Virus record (IMG/VR): IMGVR_UViG_3300001919_000035
Span: 1-64,000 of that record
From: a virus
Taxonomy: Duplodnaviria > Caudoviricetes
DNA: 64,000 nucleotides
Strand: one strand, 5' to 3'
The position numbers and the translations under genes were made by a program. Below the pieces are notes generated by a model. It was not told where the DNA came from and ran no database searches. It worked only from the letters and a program-made list of their open reading frames with translations. This document shows positions 10,473-18,151 of this stretch, in pieces (the first letter of the stretch is position 1; each line of letters begins with the position of its first letter).

Positions 10473-10947
10473 TACTTTTATCTTTATCTACATCTAAGAT
10501 TTGCTTTACAGCTTTAATAAACTTCAACAGATTACAATTAACTGTTTCACATTCTACTTTTACACAAGTCTGAACTTTACCTTCTTCATAATCAGATTGA
10601 ATCTTAGCAATATTATCTTCATACTTCTTAGTACAATCATCCAAAAATGCTTCAAGTGCAATCAACTTCAATTCTGCTGTAGATGGAATGTTTTCTTCAT
10701 CTTCTGAATCCTCAATAGTTATTTCTGCACCCCAAGGTTGCAAGTTACCACCTTTTACTAAAGAATCAATATAGTTCATATTGATAGACATATAACGTGA
10801 ATTTGTGCCTTTCTTCGTAGTCTTAGTATCTTCCATTTCGTATTCAGCATATTCTTCATTTCCATCAAATGAATCTACATCCAATCTAAAGATATCACCT
10901 ACTTTAGCACAACCAAACGGTTTAATTACTTTATATTCTGTTCTCAT
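10465..10947 (-). CDS. Hypothetical protein
   Basis: 160-aa acidic ORF with overlapping stop/start. Confidence 0.7.
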   Translation of the reverse strand: MRTEYKVIKPFGCAKVGDIFRLDVDSFDGNEEYAEYEMEDTKTTKKGTNSRYMSINMNYIDSLVKGGNLQPWGAEITIEDSEDEENIPSTAELKLIALEAFLDDCTKKYEDNIAKIQSDYEEGKVQTCVKVECETVNCNLLKFIKAVKQILDVDKDKSNE

Positions 10948-10951
10948 TTCT

Positions 10952-11254
10952 TTACTTGTTTATTTGTTTAACCATCAATTCTACCCACTTATTAATATCA
11001 AAATCAGCATCTCCTTCTTTAACTGTACTAGCACCATTATTAGTAGTATATTGCTTTGCTTGGTTCATAAATGAATAAGCTTGCATTAACTGCATAGTGG
11101 TTAAGTCTAATTTGTATGCATTATCCTTACTTGGATTATTCATATCTTTAGGAATACTCATTCTATATTGATCATTAGGTAGTTTTTCTATCCATTCTGA
11201 TAGACCTAGATTCTTAATCATAGTATCTACCATATTACTATTTCCTAACACCAT
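10952..11254 (-). CDS. Hypothetical protein
   Basis: 100-aa ORF directly downstream of a promoter motif. Confidence 0.65.
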   Translation of the reverse strand: MVLGNSNMVDTMIKNLGLSEWIEKLPNDQYRMSIPKDMNNPSKDNAYKLDLTTMQLMQAYSFMNQAKQYTTNNGASTVKEGDADFDINKWVELMVKQINK

Positions 11255-11261
11255 GACTATA

Positions 11262-11288
11262 TAACGTAATAGTATTAATTTTGTTGTA
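11262..11288 (-). promoter_or_regulatory. ECF-like promoter motif TACAACA-N14-ACGTTA
   Basis: Repeated motif upstream of a - strand gene. Confidence 0.55.
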
Positions 11289-11300
11289 TATTTTATGCAA

Positions 11301-11337
11301 TAAAAAAGCCTATACTTCTTTTTTGAGTATAGGCTTA
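11301..11337 (-). terminator. Intrinsic terminator after the GroES-like gene
   Basis: AAGCCTATACT / AGTATAGGCTT inverted repeat followed by a T tract on the - strand. Confidence 0.75.
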
Positions 11338-11366
11338 ATAATTTATATTAAAAATCCAACTAAATA

Positions 11367-11753
11367 CTAGGCACCTCGCTTGATAAAAGCTACTACATTA
11401 TATGGGTTAACTAGTTGGCTATCCTTAAACAAGTCAAATGAAACTGCCCCTTTACCAGGGTAAGCTACCAAATCTCCTACTTCTGGATGATTATCTTTAT
11501 CTTGCCATTCATAACCAGTAGGAATAGCTAGAACTACACCTTTCTTAAAGTTTGCAGGTACTTTCTTTACTTCACTTTTAGTTTCATACTGATCAATACC
11601 ATCTTTATCTTTCTTACCAGTCGCAACTGGTTCTGATATTTCTTTCTCTACAAATTCTTCAGGTAGTGGTTTTACTAAAATATCTCGAGTAAACGTATAC
11701 TCGACTTTTTCTACTACTTGTTTCAACAAGATTTTATCTTTATCCTCTGCCAT
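11367..11753 (-). CDS. GroES/Cpn10-like co-chaperonin
   Basis: RDILVKP...(long loop)...KGVVLAI...PEVGDLVAY...LVNPYNVVAFI follows the GroES strand order (DRVIVK, RGEVLAVG, VKVGDIVIF, SDILAIV). Confidence 0.65.
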   Translation of the reverse strand: MAEDKDKILLKQVVEKVEYTFTRDILVKPLPEEFVEKEISEPVATGKKDKDGIDQYETKSEVKKVPANFKKGVVLAIPTGYEWQDKDNHPEVGDLVAYPGKGAVSFDLFKDSQLVNPYNVVAFIKRGA

Positions 11754-11775
11754 AATTACTTTTTATTTCTAGCTA

Positions 11776-11802
11776 TAACGTTACTTATTCTTAAATGTTC
11801 TA
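11776..11802 (-). promoter_or_regulatory. ECF-like promoter motif TAGAACA-N14-ACGTTA
   Basis: Upstream of the GroES-like gene. Confidence 0.65.
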
Positions 11803-11985
11803 TTGTTTATGAAATATTACTCCACCTGTGCAGCATGTTTTTCTAGCTAAATCTGGGCAGTCCAGATTTTGATAGAAACAACATCCATCACACCATCCTT
11901 TAGGATGTTTCTCTATTGTGTATACTTCATCATTTACTATAATAAACCCTTCTCTTAGAGCTTGATGTGCTTCTGGTTCTCCCAT
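11800..11985 (-). CDS. Small Cys-rich hypothetical protein
   Basis: CDGCCF..C..CC pattern, possibly metal-binding. Confidence 0.55.
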   Translation of the reverse strand: MGEPEAHQALREGFIIVNDEVYTIEKHPKGWCDGCCFYQNLDCPDLARKTCCTGGVIFHKQ

Positions 11986-11987
11986 TG

Positions 11988-12068
11988 TTAATCTTCGTAA
12001 TTAAATTCACCATTATCGTAATCTACTGGTAATTCAAAATCATTATAAAAGTAAAATTCATCATCCAT
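11988..12068 (-). CDS. 26-aa highly acidic/aromatic microprotein
   Basis: MDDEFYFYNDFELPVDYDNGEFNYED*, read manually. Confidence 0.45.
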   Translation of the reverse strand: MDDEFYFYNDFELPVDYDNGEFNYED

Positions 12069-12180
12069 ATATAATAGTATATAGTATATTAATAGTAATT
12101 ATCTAGAGTAAGGATAACTTATTAAGTTCTATCTGCATATTAACTGCATATACTACTATTACTCCTACTTTGGATAGTAG

Positions 12181-12208
12181 TAACGTATATAGTTTGATAT
12201 TTGTTCTA
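12181..12208 (-). promoter_or_regulatory. ECF-like promoter motif TAGAACA-N15-ACGTTA
   Basis: Repeated motif, intergenic. Confidence 0.6.
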
Positions 12209-12364
12209 TTCTTCTGATAAATCTTGTAGAGTTTTTCTCTCTAATTCTACCCATATTTCATTACAAAAACGGGCTTGAACAGTGCTTAATAGCGATTCTA
12301 ACTCCTCTGGTAGATCTCCGTTTTCCCTATAGTACTCATATGCTTTGTCTTCAATAGTATCCAT
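12206..12364 (-). CDS. Small acidic hypothetical protein (52 aa)
   Basis: MDTIEDKAYEYYRENGDLPEELESLL...DLSEE*, read manually; below the track cutoff. Confidence 0.55.
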   Translation of the reverse strand: MDTIEDKAYEYYRENGDLPEELESLLSTVQARFCNEIWVELERKTLQDLSEE

Positions 12365-12392
12365 ATTTTTAACATTATTTAAGATTATTTAA

Positions 12393-12581
12393 CTATACTA
12401 AAGTCATACTATCGTATAAATTATCTTTAGTATTACAGAATAATTCAACACTTTTAATATTTTCTCCTTCTAAATCTATTTCTAATATAATAGTTTCATC
12501 TACTTTTTGATAGATTTTATACGTATCATATTCTTTTATACATATAAATCCATGATCTTCTAACCATTTAGCTGTACTCAT
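12393..12581 (-). CDS. Small hypothetical protein
   Basis: 62-aa ORF, co-oriented cluster. Confidence 0.6.
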   Translation of the reverse strand: MSTAKWLEDHGFICIKEYDTYKIYQKVDETIILEIDLEGENIKSVELFCNTKDNLYDSMTLV

Positions 12582-12606
12582 TTTAACATAATTTATATAT
12601 TTTTAA

Positions 12607-12807
12607 CTATTCTACATAATCATCATAGATCATTACTACTAATTCTATGCCATTCTCTATATGTAACTTATCATATGGTAGATCTACTATTACTCCATTA
12701 GCACTTTCACAAGCTATAGTTTTTAGTTCTTCCATAGAATTTATTTCTATTACCTTATTTTCTTTCCCATACAGGCTGTCACTTGCCTTTGTTAATAAAC
12801 ATTTCAT
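12607..12807 (-). CDS. Small hypothetical protein
   Basis: 66-aa ORF ending YDDYVE, co-oriented cluster. Confidence 0.6.
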   Translation of the reverse strand: MKCLLTKASDSLYGKENKVIEINSMEELKTIACESANGVIVDLPYDKLHIENGIELVVMIYDDYVE

Positions 12808-13011
12808 AATTTGTTATTAGTTTAATGCCAGCTCCAATAATATACATTGTTATATCTATAGTAATATACAGTATCGTCTGTATTTGGTTTACTTGTGATT
12901 CTATTCTCTTCTAATAAATCTTTCCACCATTTTGAACGCCCATATATACATTTTTTAGATTTTACGTGCTCTGTTATTTCTTCTATACTCATAATAATTC
13001 TATTAATTATA

Positions 13012-13037
13012 AATAAAAGGGCACCGAAGTGCCCCTT
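13012..13037 (-). terminator. Intrinsic terminator
   Basis: GGGCAC-TTCG-GTGCCC hairpin plus T tract on the - strand, just after the 13040..13249 stop. Confidence 0.75.
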
Positions 13038-13039
13038 AA

Positions 13040-13249
13040 TTATCGCCTGTATTCAGCTTCAATTTTCTGTTCTGTCGTACGTTTCATAATAATCTCTTCT
13101 ATCCAGGCTAATGCTGCATCAAACCCAGCACAAAAAGCTGCTTTGGAGATGTGGTCTGATTCTTTCTTATAACATTCGTATTCACGATGCATTTCTGTCT
13201 CTTTGATGCGGTCATCTCCTATAACCTCATATAAGTATTTTCTAAACAT
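13040..13249 (-). CDS. Small hypothetical protein
   Basis: 69-aa ORF, first gene of the leftward arm. Confidence 0.6.
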   Translation of the reverse strand: MFRKYLYEVIGDDRIKETEMHREYECYKKESDHISKAAFCAGFDAALAWIEEIIMKRTTEQKIEAEYRR

Positions 13250-13319
13250 ATTGATTATTTTTATTATTGATTAACATTATTTAACTTTTTAAATCTTTAC
13301 ATTATGATATATCTAGTAC

Positions 13320-13346
13320 TAACGTATGTAATACCGTAATGTTCTA
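13320..13346 (-). promoter_or_regulatory. ECF-like promoter motif TAGAACA-N14-ACGTTA
   Basis: At the head of the leftward arm. Confidence 0.65.
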
Positions 13347-13457
13347 CAAAAATTTTTTATAAAATAAATTTTCATGGGGAATTATTGAGAGGGGAAATAT
13401 ATATATAAACATCCCCCTCCCCATGCAGCAAGAAGGAAATACCCCCGGTACTACATT

Positions 13458-13493
13458 ATGCACCAAATCAATTTCCTTTGTCAGTTATTGTGA
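13458..13493 (+). promoter_or_regulatory. Early promoter-like motif ATGCACCAA-N20-ATTGTGA
   Basis: Copy 1 of 3, upstream of the first + strand gene. Confidence 0.65.
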
Positions 13494-13518
13494 TTATTAA
13501 CGTTAAAATTTAAAGATT

Positions 13519-13926
13519 ATGTTGTGTAATGTAATTACTCTGGAAGCTAAACAAGCTTCCAATGAGAATTGGTATGTTAACATCGTGGCTCAACCTGCTG
13601 ATGATGCATGGGCTGAAGAGCTCAAGTATCGTATGTGGTGTAGTGAAGCATTAGCTGGGAGACTGACAGCTAACAAACCTGCTACGATAGAGTTGCACAA
13701 GGTTAGTGTAAAGGTAGAACCATTTCAACGTGTTGATGATGACGGCACTATCAATGACAAAGTCTTCGATTCACTTACTGTAGTTGTTAGGCAACACAAA
13801 GGTGAAGATGTAGATGATGCCGTCAAAATGGCTAACAAGCTTCGCAATCAGTTGTTAAACGATGGCAAAGTGGTTGCTGTAGAGGCTGATGCATTTGAGG
13901 GTGCTATAGGTGATCTACCAGAGTAA
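13519..13926 (+). CDS. Early protein, paralog of 14492..15082
   Basis: 135 aa; aligns by eye with the 196-aa ORF. Confidence 0.75.
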   Translation: MLCNVITLEAKQASNENWYVNIVAQPADDAWAEELKYRMWCSEALAGRLTANKPATIELHKVSVKVEPFQRVDDDGTINDKVFDSLTVVVRQHKGEDVDDAVKMANKLRNQLLNDGKVVAVEADAFEGAIGDLPE

Positions 13927-13930
13927 GGAC

Positions 13931-13954
13931 AAGGGCTTCGGCCCTTTCCTTTTT
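13931..13954 (+). terminator. Intrinsic terminator
   Basis: AAGGGC-TTCG-GCCCTT followed by a T-rich tail. Confidence 0.8.
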
Positions 13955-13960
13955 ACTACT

Positions 13961-13996
13961 ATGCACCAAGTTTATTTCCCTTTTAGCTGATTGTGA
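13961..13996 (+). promoter_or_regulatory. Early promoter-like motif ATGCACCAA-N20-ATTGTGA
   Basis: Copy 2, right after a terminator. Confidence 0.65.
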
Positions 13997-14032
13997 GGAA
14001 TATTCTGATCATAATTATAAAATTGTTATATC

Positions 14033-14230
14033 ATGTTAGCAGTAATTAGATGTTATAAACACGCAATGCCATTAGTAGTGGAAGTATTTGAAAAATGTGA
14101 TGAACAGTCTCAGAAAGATGCTGTTGAATTAGCAGCTATTTTAAGTAGAAAGAACAATTGTGAGTATAAAGTCCTGATTGATCTATCTTGTGCTGATGTT
14201 GTTAATGATCGTGAACCATTTCAGAAATAA
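14033..14230 (+). CDS. Small early hypothetical protein
   Basis: 65-aa ORF between a promoter motif and a terminator. Confidence 0.7.
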   Translation: MLAVIRCYKHAMPLVVEVFEKCDEQSQKDAVELAAILSRKNNCEYKVLIDLSCADVVNDREPFQK

Positions 14231-14256
14231 GAAATAGGCTTTATGCCTATTTTCTT
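14231..14256 (+). terminator. Intrinsic terminator
   Basis: AATAGGC-TTTAT-GCCTATT plus T tail. Confidence 0.7.
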
Positions 14257-14263
14257 ACTAATC

Positions 14264-14300
14264 ATGCACCAAGTCAAATTACCCTTTTAGAATATTGTGA
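14264..14300 (+). promoter_or_regulatory. Early promoter-like motif ATGCACCAA-N21-ATTGTGA
   Basis: Copy 3, right after a terminator. Confidence 0.65.
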
Positions 14301-14491
14301 TGAATGAAGGATATGCTATGGTTGAGAGTGTGATGGATAGACGGTTTTTCTTATGTTTCTGCTTTTAGTAGATGCTCTTCTGGCCTGTTTCAAAGCCTCC
14401 TTTATATTTCTACATTTCCGCTCATATATAATATATAGCACATCCTCATTCTGATCAATTAAACAATTAAACAACTAAATTATCAAGCATT

Positions 14492-15082
14492 ATGAAATGT
14501 CAAGTTATTGCACACGAATTTAACACTTCTGAAAACGGTAATATCTACTGTAAACTAGAAGTAAAGCCCGTAAATGATGAATGGGCTGCCTCATTTAATT
14601 ATGTTATGTTTGTAACAGAAGCTATGCAAACAACATTAGAGGCAAACTTTCCTAAGTTTATATACTTAGAGGAAAAGCGTATAAAAACACCTGAACCATT
14701 CTATAGAGTATGGGCTACAGACGGACCAGGTTATTCACAAGGAGAATTTGTATCTCGTCCTAACAGAGAAGATCCAAATAATCCTACGCTTATCGTATTT
14801 AATGACATAAAAGTCGTTATACGAACTATGCCTGATGGTACACCAGCAAGAGGTGAAGATGCTGAGAAACTATTAGAATCTCAGTGGAACAGAGGTATTG
14901 CTAATGGTACTATTATACCAGTATCATATTATGGTGCAGATCCGGCTACAGATCCAGCAACTACTGCAGATCCATTTGCAGGAGCAACCACTGCAGATCC
15001 AACAGTAGCTGAAGATAAACAGCCTGAAGCAACTAACAAGGCTCAGGCTAGACCAGGTATTACAGTACCAGGTCGTCGTTAA
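14492..15082 (+). CDS. Early protein, paralog of 13519..13926, with low-complexity D/P/A/T tail
   Basis: 196 aa; ADPATDPATTADP repeats near the C-terminus. Confidence 0.75.
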   Translation: MKCQVIAHEFNTSENGNIYCKLEVKPVNDEWAASFNYVMFVTEAMQTTLEANFPKFIYLEEKRIKTPEPFYRVWATDGPGYSQGEFVSRPNREDPNNPTLIVFNDIKVVIRTMPDGTPARGEDAEKLLESQWNRGIANGTIIPVSYYGADPATDPATTADPFAGATTADPTVAEDKQPEATNKAQARPGITVPGRR

Positions 15083-15200
15083 TAATCACAGGGTAGGATA
15101 GTCGAAAGATTGTCCTACTCACTATTTAAGAAAACTCCCTATAACCTGCATATTGTGAATGTAGGCCTAGGTTATTTATTAACTTTTAAACATTTTTTAT

Positions 15201-15374
15201 ATGGAGGAACAACCTAAAAAGCCTCGAGTAAGGCTTACAGGCAAAGTGTTCTATATAATCGCAGTGTTTATTTATATTTCAATATTTGCACATTTGTTGC
15301 CCACTGGTGCAGCAGGTTTGTTCATAATATTGAATATAATAATTGCATGTGCATTATATAACGCTTACAAGTAA
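15201..15374 (+). CDS. Small two-TM membrane protein (57 aa)
   Basis: MEEQPKKPRVRLTGKVFYIIAVFIYISIFAHLLPTGAAGLFIILNIIIACALYNAYK*, read manually. Confidence 0.6.
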   Translation: MEEQPKKPRVRLTGKVFYIIAVFIYISIFAHLLPTGAAGLFIILNIIIACALYNAYK

Positions 15375-15450
15375 GGGAGGTCAGCTACACATTGCGAGTA
15401 TAGTGTGTAGTTCGCTGCCTATCATACTAAGGTGACAATAAGTATGTGAT

Positions 15451-15523
15451 TCTCTATTAGCTCAGTTGAGTAGAGCGTATGATTTGGGTCATAAGGTCAC
15501 TGGTTCAAGTCCAGTATAGAGAA
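15451..15523 (+). tRNA. tRNA-Pro(TGG)-like with a 6-nt anticodon loop
   Basis: Acceptor TCTCTAT/ATAGAGA, D stem GCTC/GAGC, anticodon stem TATGA/TCATA around TTTGGG, T arm ACTGG-TTCAAGT-CCAGT. Confidence 0.75.
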
Positions 15524-15528
15524 CAAAT

Positions 15529-15729
15529 TTGTGTATTATGAATAAAGAAAAAATAAACAATTTAATATCAGAGTTAAAAGAAATATCTGATAATCATCTA
15601 CGTCGGTGTAACATGGATGAAGAATGCGATCATAGTAGAGCAGATAATATCTTAGTTGAAATTATTAAAGAATTAGGATATCCTGAAGTAGAAGAATATT
15701 TTAATAATATTAAAAAATGGTACGCATAA
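15529..15729 (+). CDS. Small hypothetical protein
   Basis: 66-aa ORF (start possibly 15538). Confidence 0.65.
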   Translation: MCIMNKEKINNLISELKEISDNHLRRCNMDEECDHSRADNILVEIIKELGYPEVEEYFNNIKKWYA

Positions 15730-15757
15730 AATATTAATCATTAAAATAGTTTTTAAT

Positions 15758-15898
15758 ATGAGTCAATTTAAAAAGAATTTAAAAGATGCGTGGGAAGAAA
15801 ATCGAGTCCCATTTATTATTAACTTGTTAGCAGTGGTTCTTTCTATAATTGCTTTAATATTATCAACTATTTGTATGATAGAAGAATATTGGAGTTAA
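15758..15898 (+). CDS. Small single-TM protein (46 aa)
   Basis: MSQFKKNLKDAWEENRVPFIINLLAVVLSIIALILSTICMIEEYWS*, read manually. Confidence 0.55.
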   Translation: MSQFKKNLKDAWEENRVPFIINLLAVVLSIIALILSTICMIEEYWS

Positions 15899-15962
15899 CT
15901 GTAGGATAATTGAATCTATAGTAGTAAATACAGTTAACGAGGTTCGAATCCTAAAAAACTCA
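15892..15962 (+). ncRNA. Degenerate tRNA-like element
   Basis: AGG-TTCGAAT-CCT T-loop, GAGTT/AACTC ends, GTTAACTGTA/TACAGTTAAC stem. Confidence 0.35.
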
Positions 15963-16090
15963 ATAACTTCCCAAGACATTGAGGGCACCAGTTTCTTAGT
16001 TATCCGTTCTTGTCAAACGGATGTAATAGATTACAGTTGCATGTAAGATTCTAAGTTTTAGGTGTAAAATGCAATTAAAAATTTAATAAT

Positions 16091-16333
16091 ATGATAAAAG
16101 TAGTAGAACAGCCTGCAGTAATATATGATAAAATATTACTTATCCGGGCTAACACAAGAGTAGAGGATATGCAGACTATTTTATTACAGATGCATATTAC
16201 TATTTCATCCATTATGGATGTGCAAACAACTTATTATGTTGTAGATCTCTTAAACGATAAACAATATCCGTTTAAATACATTGGTGATGCTTTTACTAAG
16301 TATGATGAAATAAAAGCAAATATGTCACAATAA
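16091..16333 (+). CDS. Hypothetical protein
   Basis: 80-aa ORF. Confidence 0.65.
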   Translation: MIKVVEQPAVIYDKILLIRANTRVEDMQTILLQMHITISSIMDVQTTYYVVDLLNDKQYPFKYIGDAFTKYDEIKANMSQ

Positions 16334-16362
16334 AGGTATAAAATTCTTAAAACATAATCAAT

Positions 16363-16656
16363 ATGAAAGAGAAAGAAAGAGCAAGTAAATTAGGTGAACT
16401 ATTACATATGGATATTCCAGAAGAAGTAGCTAAAGCTTTTAAGGAAAAAAGAAAGAGGAAATATAAATTCCATAAACAGAATTGTAATAGTACAGTACGT
16501 GTAACAATCAAATGTAACAATACTACTATATCATTAGTTGGTACACATGCATTTGAATGGTCTATAATCAAAGAAATGAGTGGTAAAGTAATAATCACTA
16601 CATTTCCTAAAAGAGAAAATGCAATCAATGAGTTTAAGAAATACAAGTCTAAGTAA
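16363..16656 (+). CDS. Basic hypothetical protein
   Basis: 97-aa ORF. Confidence 0.65.
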   Translation: MKEKERASKLGELLHMDIPEEVAKAFKEKRKRKYKFHKQNCNSTVRVTIKCNNTTISLVGTHAFEWSIIKEMSGKVIITTFPKRENAINEFKKYKSK

Positions 16657-17048
16657 ACTGATATGTATATATCCAGCATATGAAGTGATATGCAACTTTC
16701 ATAAAAATAAACTTCTCTAGAGTAAATAACAACCTCATCGTAGATAAATAAGACTGCCGCATATTTACTGCCGCAGCATTATCAGGTTCTAGAGTCTAGT
16801 AGACTTAATATGTTGGGCTGAACGAATGTCTACAACAGTCGAAGCAAATAGTTATTTAAAAAGAACTCTTGTAAAAACTCATGATATAACAAGTATGTAA
16901 ATCTAAAGGACACATTCTCAGATAACATGTGAATGGACTATGAGAAACTAATCTTAAGTAAGAACAGTAGCCTGATCGCATATCTTAGTATTACTTAAGA
17001 TTTTTTATTTGAATCAAACAACAAAAACATAATTTTAAATCAATTAAA

Positions 17049-17228
17049 ATGAAACAAGTAGAAGCAACAAAAAATCCTAGTCCTTTTGAAAAGGCTAAAC
17101 AAGCTGTATATTATCATTCCGATTGTATTCTTTTAACAAAAGAAGAATATCAAGAACTCTGTAAGTATAAAGGATTATACCTTGATTTAAAAGGTGAAAT
17201 CACTAAAATGGCTGAATCATGGAAGTAA
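17049..17228 (+). CDS. Small hypothetical protein (59 aa)
   Basis: MKQVEATKNPSPFEKAK...KMAESWK*, read manually; overlaps the next start. Confidence 0.6.
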   Translation: MKQVEATKNPSPFEKAKQAVYYHSDCILLTKEEYQELCKYKGLYLDLKGEITKMAESWK

Positions 17229-17632
17229 CAGGAATGATAATTGTTGCAAGCATTACTCTAGTAATATCTTTACTTGTACATAAATGTAAGGTAGAGAAAA
17301 CTAGAGCAAGAAAACTACAAACAGTAGATAACACTATAATATCTCTGTTTAGGCTAAAATCAGAAGTCCTAAATATTAAAGATGCAGCACATTCTGCATT
17401 AATAATATCACGGATTAATTCTTTTATCATTGATAAAGAAAATTCAGACTTATTTTGTGTTTGTATTAAATATGAATATGAAAAAGTAATTAGTTCTAGT
17501 AAAGTTAGCAAATACATGCGTAATGATGTAGAACTGGAAGATATTGCTGATAAAAGAGTAAACTCTTTAGAATACATAAATTATCTTATATATCAACTAG
17601 ATAAGTTGAGAAAACAGATAATTTATTCATAA
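17219..17632 (+). CDS. Hypothetical protein with N-terminal TM segment
   Basis: MIIVASITLVISLLV hydrophobic stretch. Confidence 0.65.
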   Translation: MEVTGMIIVASITLVISLLVHKCKVEKTRARKLQTVDNTIISLFRLKSEVLNIKDAAHSALIISRINSFIIDKENSDLFCVCIKYEYEKVISSSKVSKYMRNDVELEDIADKRVNSLEYINYLIYQLDKLRKQIIYS

Positions 17633-17641
17633 CTACAACAT

Positions 17642-17753
17642 CCGCGAATAGTGAAAGAATACATTTGGTACACACTATATAATGTTAATAGGAGTTTAAT
17701 ATTATATAAGATATGATGCATCTATCTTGTAGGTTCGAATCCTACTTCGCGGA
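17642..17753 (+). ncRNA. Expanded tRNA-like cloverleaf (Ser-like, GGA in loop)
   Basis: CCGCGAA/TTCGCGG acceptor, enlarged D loop with GGTA, 13-bp anticodon arm, long variable arm, GTAGG-TTCGAAT-CCTAC. Confidence 0.7.
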
Positions 17754-17775
17754 CTTTACTAACTGTAATAATATT

Positions 17776-18150
17776 ATGGATAAGAATTTTGCGCATTTTC
17801 TTAAACACAAAGGTTATCATCCATATGAATTAAGTCCAAAAGATCGTAAATTCTTTTATTTGAAGGATCCAGAATTTATATCATCTTATGGACCAGTATT
17901 TGTAGAATGGTTCCCTGAATTTAGAGGTACAGAAGTATTTGTACTTGATGTGGATAGAAGTAGAAACTTCGTATACGGTCTACATGAAAAGGGTCATCCA
18001 CCTTGTTTAATTTATCCTAGACCTGCAGTATTAATAGAAGAGCAGGTTAAACATTATTATTCTGATTATATAATAGATAGAATATTTGAGAAATATACGT
18101 GCGAAGAAATTTATCGTGCTATAATAGGCAATTTCTTACTTATTCTATAA
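17776..18150 (+). CDS. Hypothetical protein
   Basis: Track ORF 17713..18150 starts inside the tRNA-like element; MDKNFAHFL at 17776 is the likelier start. Confidence 0.65.
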   Translation: MDKNFAHFLKHKGYHPYELSPKDRKFFYLKDPEFISSYGPVFVEWFPEFRGTEVFVLDVDRSRNFVYGLHEKGHPPCLIYPRPAVLIEEQVKHYYSDYIIDRIFEKYTCEEIYRAIIGNFLLIL

Positions 18151-18151
18151 T

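Noticed and set aside
6704-13089. + strand ORFs antisense to the structural arm (6704, 8583, 9333, 10150, 10501, 10805, 12895)
   Set aside because: Antisense shadows of better-supported - strand genes or spacers
15960-16080. HDV-like (theta) ribozyme downstream of tRNA-like elements
   Set aside because: Hairpins are present (ATCCGTT/AACGGAT), but I could not assemble the nested double pseudoknot and catalytic C by eye; needs an RNArobo/Infernal search
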